The notes under the pieces were generated by a model. That model was not told where the DNA came from. It saw only the letters and a list, made by a program, of their open reading frames with translations, and did no database searches. From positions 1 to 42,893 of the forward strand of contig CAZNTG010000013.1 in assembly GCA_964575955.1 (NCBI GenBank): a stretch of 42,893 bases of DNA. The letters are read 5' to 3'. A program made the translations under genes and the position numbers. Source of the stretch: an uncultured Thermoproteaceae archaeon (GTDB taxonomy: Archaea; Thermoproteota; Thermoprotei; Thermoproteales; Thermocladiaceae). Shown here one piece after another: positions 35,521 through 42,893 of the stretch (its first letter is position 1; the number at the start of each line of letters is the position of its first letter).

Positions 35521-37166
35521 TGTTTGAAATAGTAGATAAAGATCTTGCTGGACGTATAGGAAAGATATACACTAAGAGTGGAGTAGTTGAAACACCAGCA
35601 CTATTTCCAGTAGTAAATCCAATAAAACAGACAGTAGATCTTGAAGAAATTAAAAAGGTAGGTTTTAATCAAATAATAACAAATGCATACCTAATATATA
35701 GAAATTATGGAGATATATGCATAGACACTGGAATACACAATCTACTAAATTGGAATGGTATAGTAATGACAGACTCAGGAGCATATCAACTAATGGAGTA
35801 TGGTGAAGTTGAGATAGATCCTGACACAGTATTGAAATATCAGGTAGATATTGGTTCAGATATTGGAGTAATACTAGACATACCAACAAGAGCTGAAGTT
35901 GATAGAGATGTAGTATTTCTAGAAGTTGAAGAGACTTTAAGAAGAGCTAGAAGAGCAATAATGCTTAGAGATGAGTACGATCCTGAGCATAGAATGCTAC
36001 TAGTAGGACCTGTACAGGGTGGTGAACATGTAGATATTGTAGCATACTGTGCTAGAAAATTATCAAAATTAGACTTCGACATATATGCTATTGGAAGTGT
36101 AACACTATATCTAGAACAGTACAACTATACAAAAATTGTAGAGACAATAATAGCAGCAAAATTAAACTTACCACAAAACAGACCTATACATCTATTCGGT
36201 GCTGGTCATCCAATGATAATACCGATAGCAGTAGCTTTAGGAGTAGACATGTTTGACTCAGCTAGCTACATACTCTACGCTAGAGATGATAGAATAATGC
36301 TACATGACAGAACGGTAAGATTAGAAGATATAAAGATTGAAAATATACCATGCACATGTCCAATATGTACAAAATATAGCGTCAAGGAGCTTAGAGAGAT
36401 GTCAAAAAATGAAAGAGAGAAACTAATAGCAATACACAACCTCTACATACTAAAGAGAGAGATTGACGAAGTAAAACAGAGAATTAGAGAAGGAACATTA
36501 TGGGAATATCTACAGGAAAAATCTATGAGTGATGCAAGACTAAGACAAGCACTAATACTAATATCTAAGATTAGTAGAAAACTGTTGAAGATAAGTCCAA
36601 CAACTAGAGGAGATGTACATGGTATAGATATTCAATGTATGTTAGATATATCAAGACCACAATATACACAACACATATATAAACTATGTAGAAGATATGT
36701 ACCACCAAAATCAAAAGAAATACTACTAATACTTCCAGAACCAAATGAAAGACCATTTAACAGAAGTTCAATATTTGTAAAACTATGTAATAAACTTGAG
36801 AAATTAGGAATATTAGATAAAGTACATATATGCTTTCTAAGTAAGATATTTGGAATAATACCACACGAAATATCTGACATATACCCATTAGCACAGTTTG
36901 AATATGTTAAAAATTTGAAATGCTTACAAAATCTTGAGATAGTCTCAATATATAACTATCTTAAAACCCATGGAAGTAATTATAGAACTATAATATTAGT
37001 ACTACCTAGAGATGAAGCTTTCAAAATATGTAGAATAGTTAAAAAATTACTAAATAACTGTAAGGTTGTTATATACAGTGTTGGTAGAGAAGAGTCATGG
37101 ACATCATATATAGATTCTATATGTAGTATGGTGTTCCTTCACGTCTCTTCTGCTCTTCCTCAATAG
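35520..37166 (+). CDS. tgtA: Archaeosine tRNA-guanine(15) transglycosylase
   Basis: GRIG, ETPALFPVVNP, MTDSGAYQ, PVQGG, HLFGAGHP, FDSASY, CTCPIC, HNL. Confidence 0.96.
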   Translation: MFEIVDKDLAGRIGKIYTKSGVVETPALFPVVNPIKQTVDLEEIKKVGFNQIITNAYLIYRNYGDICIDTGIHNLLNWNGIVMTDSGAYQLMEYGEVEIDPDTVLKYQVDIGSDIGVILDIPTRAEVDRDVVFLEVEETLRRARRAIMLRDEYDPEHRMLLVGPVQGGEHVDIVAYCARKLSKLDFDIYAIGSVTLYLEQYNYTKIVETIIAAKLNLPQNRPIHLFGAGHPMIIPIAVALGVDMFDSASYILYARDDRIMLHDRTVRLEDIKIENIPCTCPICTKYSVKELREMSKNEREKLIAIHNLYILKREIDEVKQRIREGTLWEYLQEKSMSDARLRQALILISKISRKLLKISPTTRGDVHGIDIQCMLDISRPQYTQHIYKLCRRYVPPKSKEILLILPEPNERPFNRSSIFVKLCNKLEKLGILDKVHICFLSKIFGIIPHEISDIYPLAQFEYVKNLKCLQNLEIVSIYNYLKTHGSNYRTIILVLPRDEAFKICRIVKKLLNNCKVVIYSVGREESWTSYIDSICSMVFLHVSSALPQ

Positions 37167-37866
37167 CCTTCTTAATCTGTAGTAACTCTTCCTCATACTT
37201 AGTAGCTAATTCTCTAAGTTTTTGAATATCTACAGGAACGTTAAAACATTTTGAAAAATATTCAATACCCACAGCAGCTGCAGATGGATCAGCTCTCCAC
37301 TTATATGCATATGGCAATATTGCAATTGCTGGAAAACTATTTCTCTCAAACTCAGACAACATCAATGCTAGTGGACCAACAACATTGAAGAATAGATCCA
37401 TCTCCTTTGCATCACATTTAGATATGTTTAATTGTTTAAATTTTGTAGTTGTAACAACTCTAAGAGGTGAAGGATCATTACCTCTTGTCTCACTATCAAG
37501 ACCTCCAAATAGTATAGACATCTCATACCCATTCTCAATAACCCAGCCAACCAGGATCCTAGTTAGCGGATACATGAGTTTTTCAAAAAATCCCCAATTT
37601 GCCATAAATATAGTTACACCACACTTCTCAGAATGATATAATTCTCCTGGAGTTGTTATATTATCTTGATTTAGAACATATCCACAATATGCAGGTTCTT
37701 CACTCATCTCAATATATCCAACTCTCTCACAATTTAATGCAGATATTAAATATCTAACAGATATATGACCTACAAGTCCAATTCCATGAAATCCTGTTAT
37801 GAAATATCTTCTATTTAGTATAGGTTTATAAAGTACAACTCTAACATTTCTTGCTACATTCTTCAT
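37117..37866 (-). CDS. PAC2-family proteasome assembly chaperone
   Basis: ITGFHGIGLVGHI, FGGLD, VVGPLALML, DPSAAA; likely start at 37866 (ORF open to 37920). Confidence 0.85.
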   Translation of the reverse strand: MKNVARNVRVVLYKPILNRRYFITGFHGIGLVGHISVRYLISALNCERVGYIEMSEEPAYCGYVLNQDNITTPGELYHSEKCGVTIFMANWGFFEKLMYPLTRILVGWVIENGYEMSILFGGLDSETRGNDPSPLRVVTTTKFKQLNISKCDAKEMDLFFNVVGPLALMLSEFERNSFPAIAILPYAYKWRADPSAAAVGIEYFSKCFNVPVDIQKLRELATKYEEELLQIKKAIEEEQKRREGTPYYI

Positions 37867-37903
37867 GAGATTTACAATATGTGAAATATTTTTAATAAAT
37901 TTC

Positions 37904-38461
37904 CTACATCTTAAATCCATCCTTCAACTTCTTAATGATGTTCATCAAAGCTTCAACTTCTCTATACTGGTCACTCTGTACTAGATATGCATCATCTCTA
38001 GGACATTTAAAATCATAATCATAAGCCTCATCTACAGTATATCTTCTGAAACATGTTGGACAGTAGTAATATGCTTCATTTGAAATACTCTTCAAGACAT
38101 GTTCTAAAATATTTAGAACATTCTTAATCCTACTTCTCAACATCCTATTAATAGATTCAGAATCTATATACCACCTAGTCTCATATCTACCTCTATCAGG
38201 ATCTATAACCTCCCTCTCAACACTTACTAAACCATGTTTAAACAATATCTGCAATATCTTTCTAACTTCACTAGTCTCAACATTAAGCTGTGTTGCAATT
38301 TTATCTTCAGACAATACTTCACCTTTCTTTAATAGTAGGAGTACTGTCTTTACAGCAATTTTACCAAGCTCAGGACTATCATATTCAAAACTTACAATTC
38401 TCTCAACAAGATTTAGATATATCTTCAATTCAGGAGTTATCTTAAACCTGTCCTGACTCAT
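37904..38461 (-). CDS. tfe: Transcription factor E (TFE alpha)
   Basis: Winged helix SEDKIA...EVRKILQIL; CPTC...YTVDEA..FKCP. Confidence 0.88.
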   Translation of the reverse strand: MSQDRFKITPELKIYLNLVERIVSFEYDSPELGKIAVKTVLLLLKKGEVLSEDKIATQLNVETSEVRKILQILFKHGLVSVEREVIDPDRGRYETRWYIDSESINRMLRSRIKNVLNILEHVLKSISNEAYYYCPTCFRRYTVDEAYDYDFKCPRDDAYLVQSDQYREVEALMNIIKKLKDGFKM

Positions 38462-38471
38462 TTATCTCACC

Positions 38472-39728
38472 TTAAACAACAACTTTAGTACGACTATATT
38501 TAACACCTATACTATCAAGCCAACTCAATATCTTATCAATATGTAGATTTGATGTTCTAATAATAACATGACCATCAGCTTGCTCAATCTTAGCATACTT
38601 ATAAACCCATTCAGGAATTTCCTGAATATCTATATCTACATGAACTTCCTCAGATGCAAGCTTCATCAATATTCTTCTACGAAGTTCATCAATGTTAATA
38701 CCTTTCTCAGCAGATATGACAACTGGATTGGCTAGTCCAAAATCTCTAACAATACTAATCTTAGTCTCAACATCGCTATCATTATCTACAAGATCTACCT
38801 TATTTAATACAGGTAGAATCTTGTCATATGGTATTGCTAGATCTCTAAGAACTTTCAAACTTGTATTTAACTTCCTCTTAAACTCATCAATACTCTCACT
38901 AAGGTCTAATATTAGCAATATTAGATCTGCCTGTGATATCTCTTCAATAGTTGCATAGAAAGCCTCTATTAGTAGTGGTGGTAGATCATCTATAAATCCT
39001 ATAGTATCTGTAAGTATTGCCTTAAGACCACCTAGATCAATCATGCTTGAATATGTGCTTAATGTTGCAAATGGTTTACCATCTCTATATTTCCACTCTT
39101 TACAAAGTCTATTAAATAGTGTAGTTTTACCAGCCATTGTATATCCTGTAAGTACTATTTCAGGTAGTCCTCTCTCCCTTCTCTTAGATATTAACATCCT
39201 CTTCTTACTTCTAATATCTTTCAACTCCCTAGTGATTGTTGCAATTCTATTTCTAACATATCTATAATATGCCTCAACAGCATACTCACCAGCACCATGA
39301 TAACCTATCTGCTCACCCATCTTTGCAAGTCTAATATACTCACGAATAAGTGGTAATCTATGCTTCAATTTTGCAAGCTCTATCTGAAGCTTAGCTTCTC
39401 TAGTACCAGCTCTCTGACTAAAAATTTCAAGTATAAGCTCAACCCTATCAATAATATTAACATTAAGCTCTCTCTCAAGATTGAAGTGTTGTTTAGGCTT
39501 CAACTCATGATATGTAATTACAGTATCAATATCAAACTTCTTAATCAAGTTCTTAAGTTCTTGAAGCTTTCCAGGACCAACATAGAATCTAGTGTCTGGT
39601 TCTCTCTCTTGAGTAATTACAAGTTTTGAATTATATCCTGCAGCTTCTGCAAGTAGTTTAAATTCTGCAAGCTTCCTATCATGGATTACAGTATCTACAT
39701 ATACTAACGCTGCATTTCTAATATACAC
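38472..39728 (-). CDS. hflX: GTPase HflX
   Basis: GPGKLQE, ILEIFSQRA, EAKLQIELA, GYTMAGKTT, DTIGFI, NKVD. Confidence 0.95.
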   Translation of the reverse strand: MYIRNAALVYVDTVIHDRKLAEFKLLAEAAGYNSKLVITQEREPDTRFYVGPGKLQELKNLIKKFDIDTVITYHELKPKQHFNLERELNVNIIDRVELILEIFSQRAGTREAKLQIELAKLKHRLPLIREYIRLAKMGEQIGYHGAGEYAVEAYYRYVRNRIATITRELKDIRSKKRMLISKRRERGLPEIVLTGYTMAGKTTLFNRLCKEWKYRDGKPFATLSTYSSMIDLGGLKAILTDTIGFIDDLPPLLIEAFYATIEEISQADLILLILDLSESIDEFKRKLNTSLKVLRDLAIPYDKILPVLNKVDLVDNDSDVETKISIVRDFGLANPVVISAEKGINIDELRRRILMKLASEEVHVDIDIQEIPEWVYKYAKIEQADGHVIIRTSNLHIDKILSWLDSIGVKYSRTKVVV

Positions 39729-39775
39729 TAACTAGTACTATATTCTACAGATTTATAAACGCAATGGAGCATAAT

Positions 39776-40339
39776 CTACTCTTCATCTCTCCTCCTAATC
39801 TCAATAATATCACCAAGAGTAAGCTCACTTCTACCTCCTCTCGATATTGGAATTTCAGGTGTTTCAACCACGGGAGTTAGCAACTTCACTCTCAAAACTT
39901 TCTCTAACTTCCTAGCAAGCTCAACATCAGGCATTAATTGACCTTCCTCAATTCTTCTAATAATACTCTCCTTAACACCAATAAGTTTTGCAAGTTCTTC
40001 TCTAGTTAAGCCTAGATTTTCTCTAGCTCTTCTAACAATTTCTGCATAATTTTCAACAACTTCAAACTTTTCAGGTCTAATACTTATCTTAGATTGTTGA
40101 CTCCTAGTAACAATTCTAAACGTTGTAGATCTAGAACCTTCTCTAACTCTAATACTAGCACTAGAAGATACTTGACTAGGCTTAACCTGAACTTTCTGCT
40201 GCTTAATATCTAGACTTCTCCTCCTATTAACAGCATACTTCCTACTACACTCCTCACATAGAACTAGAACAGCACCTTCAATCTCTACAATAATTGGTTC
40301 ACCTCTAATAGGATTACCACATATATCACAGTAGTACAT
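39776..40339 (-). CDS. mbf1: Archaeal multiprotein bridging factor aMBF1
   Basis: CDICG...CEEC Zn ribbon; HTH VRRARENLGLTREELA; TLGD. Confidence 0.92.
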   Translation of the reverse strand: MYYCDICGNPIRGEPIIVEIEGAVLVLCEECSRKYAVNRRRSLDIKQQKVQVKPSQVSSSASIRVREGSRSTTFRIVTRSQQSKISIRPEKFEVVENYAEIVRRARENLGLTREELAKLIGVKESIIRRIEEGQLMPDVELARKLEKVLRVKLLTPVVETPEIPISRGGRSELTLGDIIEIRRRDEE

Positions 40340-40393
40340 GTAGAACTACCATGTAGACATACTTACAAACTTGTTAAAAAGTATTTTCAATAG

Positions 40394-40846
40394 ATGACAA
40401 TACCTGACAAGATACATAGAGAGACAATAATTGGAAAACTATCGTACCTATACGGTAGAGAAATTGTAGAGAAGATAGATCTTGAAGATGTAAAATATGT
40501 ACTATCATCAACAGGTAGAGTTAGAGATGTATATATTAAAGATAGGCTAGTATTTACATTAAGAATGAGTGATGGATATCTACTACCAACAATTGAAGGT
40601 TGTAAATATGTTAAGAATAGCGTAGTTGTAAACGAAGAAGCAGTACCATTTATCAAGAGTGGTAGATCTGTAATTGCTAAATCAGTAGTAGACATATATG
40701 GAGATCCAATACCTGGAGAAGAAGTTAAAGTATGCTCAAGAGATGGTCAAATACTTGCAGTAGGGAGACTACTACTCAGTGAGGATGAGATTAGAAATGC
40801 TAAGAGAGGTATAGCTGTGAAGGTTAGACATTCATCTAAATCATGA
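40394..40846 (+). CDS. Stand-alone PUA-domain RNA-binding protein
   Basis: TGRVR, LRMSDG, GRSVIAK, LAVGR, GIAVKVR. Confidence 0.88.
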   Translation: MTIPDKIHRETIIGKLSYLYGREIVEKIDLEDVKYVLSSTGRVRDVYIKDRLVFTLRMSDGYLLPTIEGCKYVKNSVVVNEEAVPFIKSGRSVIAKSVVDIYGDPIPGEEVKVCSRDGQILAVGRLLLSEDEIRNAKRGIAVKVRHSSKS

Positions 40847-41482
40847 AGAACTTTGTTTAGCTGTTTCTGTCTTCGTTTCAGACTTTGGTGGATATTCCTT
40901 AACATTGCCTATCAATATTAGTAGAGTTATCAACTTCTCAAGCTCTACATCTCTATTCATTATCCTCTCAATCAACTTCTCAATAGCACCCCTACCCCAG
41001 TAACCTTCCATCACAATACCAATATTCTTATCCTTAATACCTACAAGTATTGTTGGTGTACCTCTAACTCCAATATCTTTCCCAATCTTCTTACACGTCA
41101 TGACAACTTCAACTTCTTCAGGTTTTGCATTAGTATCTTTAAGAGACTCTATAACTTTCTTATCATCCTGTCTTGAATATACCTTCCTTAAAACTTCAAA
41201 AAATACTTCAGGATTATTTCTAAAAATTCTTCTAAGTACTACATGTGCATATTCTGAACCTCTATGTACTGGAAAATCCATGTAGTATAATGTTACTTTT
41301 CCCTCTCTAACAAGCTTTTGTAAATATTCTTCACATTCTCTATACATTCTAGCACATGCTGGACAGTCTACATCAAAAAATATTACTAAGACTATGTTTG
41401 CATTATCAGAACCATACTTAAGACCATACTCATTCAACCTCTCTAACAGCTTATCAAGACCTAGAACTATGTAGAGATCCAT
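40841..41482 (-). CDS. DsbA/thioredoxin-fold protein
   Basis: FFDVDCPAC, DFPVH, GVRGTPT. Confidence 0.88.
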   Translation of the reverse strand: MDLYIVLGLDKLLERLNEYGLKYGSDNANIVLVIFFDVDCPACARMYRECEEYLQKLVREGKVTLYYMDFPVHRGSEYAHVVLRRIFRNNPEVFFEVLRKVYSRQDDKKVIESLKDTNAKPEEVEVVMTCKKIGKDIGVRGTPTILVGIKDKNIGIVMEGYWGRGAIEKLIERIMNRDVELEKLITLLILIGNVKEYPPKSETKTETAKQSSS

Positions 41483-41568
41483 TTTTCCATCACAGCTCTA
41501 AATGAGAAATTAATAACATTTTCTTCATGCATGAACATTTAAAAGTGGGATGATATACTGAGCATACT

Positions 41569-41778
41569 ATGTCTAGTCAAGTAGCTAGTAGACAACCAAC
41601 AATGTTTGGAATTGAAGTACCTAGATGCACATCATGTAATAGACCAATAGCACCTGATGAGAAAGGTGTCAGATTTCTATGTCCAAACTGTGGACAAGCA
41701 GAAATTTGGAGATGTGAAAAATGTAGAAAACTTGGAAATACTTGGAGATGTCCTGTGTGTGGTTTTGAAGGTCCTTAA
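41569..41778 (+). CDS. Zn-ribbon protein (DUF1610 family)
   Basis: CTSC, FLCPNCG, RCEKCR, CPVCGFEGP; upstream of EF-1 beta. Confidence 0.92.
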   Translation: MSSQVASRQPTMFGIEVPRCTSCNRPIAPDEKGVRFLCPNCGQAEIWRCEKCRKLGNTWRCPVCGFEGP

Positions 41779-41840
41779 AAAGAGTTGTCATAGAGGTATA
41801 ACATATTAACTCTACACATTCAATCTTTGACAGGTCGAAC

Positions 41841-42119
41841 ATGGCAGATGTACTTTTAGTATATAAGGTAGTTCCAAACGATCCAAATGTGAACTATGAC
41901 GAACTTAAGAATAAGATTAGAAGTGTTTTAGAGCCAAAGTACAGAATAGACAAGATTGAGGAAGAGGAGATTGGATTTGGAATAAAGATGCTCAAAGTAT
42001 ACATAAGAATGCCTGAAGCATCAGAAGAACACTCTAGTGATGATATTGAGAATAAGCTTATGAGTATTGAAAATGTGAGTGGTGTTGAACTAGAATACTT
42101 TACAAGACTTGGATTCTAA
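41841..42119 (+). CDS. ef1b: Translation elongation factor EF-1 beta
   Basis: MADVLLVYKVVP, EEEIGFGIKML, IENVSGVE. Confidence 0.92.
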   Translation: MADVLLVYKVVPNDPNVNYDELKNKIRSVLEPKYRIDKIEEEEIGFGIKMLKVYIRMPEASEEHSSDDIENKLMSIENVSGVELEYFTRLGF

Positions 42120-42203
42120 AACTTACACACAGCTACATACTAGAAACACAACAAACGCTTTAAATAGCAGAATAATCATCACCTTCCTAAGGGGTGTGTT
42201 AAC

Positions 42204-42893
42204 GTGTCTTTCATATCAGAGCATGGTGAAGAGTGGATTGAGCTTAGAGTTATAGAAGCAAGACAGAGAGATGCAAACAAGCCCATAGTTAGGATAGATC
42301 CTGAAGTAATGAGAGAGTACGGTATAGAGCCAGGAATGGTTGTTGAGATAGTTGGTAGAAGAAGAACAGCAGCAAAAGTATGGTATGGACTACCTGAAGA
42401 TGAGGGTAAACGTGTGATAAGGATGAATAGTATAATGAGAAAGAATGCTGATGTCAGTGTAAATGAGAAGGTCAAGATTAGGAAAGTTGAACCAAAACCA
42501 GCACAGCTAGTAAAGCTAGCACCAGTATCAATGTCCATAGCTGTAGATCAAAACTTCACACAATACATAAAGCAGAGATTGAGAGACTACGTACTATGTG
42601 AAGGAGACCTCGTACAACTATCAATACTTGGACAAGTACTGACATTTCAGGTAGTTCAAATAAGACCAGCAAACATAGTTGCAATAATTACTGAAGATAC
42701 AAACCTAGTAGTATATGAAAGACCAATAGAGAACATAAAGATACCTAGAGTCACATGGGAGGATATTGGTGATTTGGAGGAGGCTAAGCAGAAGATTCGT
42801 GAGTTGGTTGAGCTTCCTCTTCGTCATCCTGAGATTTTTAAGCATTTGGGAATTGAACCTCCGAAAGGAATACTTCTATACGGACCACCAGGA
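42204..42893 (+). CDS. cdc48: CDC48/VCP-family AAA+ ATPase (3'-partial, runs off the window)
   Basis: Manual translation from GTG 42204: ...[15 protein letters not shown]...[48 protein letters not shown]. Confidence 0.95.
   Translation, partial: MSFISEHGEEWIELRVIEARQRDANKPIVRIDPEVMREYGIEPGMVVEIVGRRRTAAKVWYGLPEDEGKRVIRMNSIMRKNADVSVNEKVKIRKVEPKPAQLVKLAPVSMSIAVDQNFTQYIKQRLRDYVLCEGDLVQLSILGQVLTFQVVQIRPANIVAIITEDTNLVVYERPIENIKIPRVTWEDIGDLEEAKQKIRELVELPLRHPEIFKHLGIEPPKGILLYGPPG

Noticed and set aside
42177-42183. GTGATGA C-box on the minus strand upstream of cdc48
   Set aside because: No appropriately spaced D'/D boxes follow.

Overview
AT-rich archaeal core-genome segment. It is most likely Thermoproteota/Thermoproteales, judging from the Thermoproteaceae-type EF-1alpha N-terminus, Rpo8, SmAP3, dispersed ribosomal-protein genes and an intron-containing tRNA. 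It holds about 50 housekeeping or hypothetical CDSs (EF-1a, MoeA, CimA, SecY, RNase Z, TatC, FolE, NucS, TgtA, TFE, HflX, MBF1, EF-1b, partial CDC48). The RNA genes are two complete tRNAs (Tyr-GTA with a 31-nt intron, Arg-CCT), six canonical box C/D sRNAs and two atypical K-turn hairpin RNAs. The most striking feature is a tRNA-Gln(TTG) gene at 13298-13368 (-) with a promoter-like upstream sequence. It is intact from position 1 through the anticodon stem, but a 27-nt GC-rich trailer replaces the T-arm and 3' acceptor strand. This is the signature of a trans-spliced split-tRNA 5' piece, here with an unusual break at the start of the variable region; its partner is not in this window. Other oddities: a half-length CobN, a degenerate CbiX-CbiC fusion, an operon of Trp/Tyr/Pro/Met-rich mini-proteins next to a Cys-tailed Lrp regulator, a TFB paralogue coupled to an orphan secretion ATPase, and sharp codon-skew patches. 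No CRISPR array, transposase or rRNA gene was seen. All calls are by eye from the sequence and ORF track; no database searches were run.
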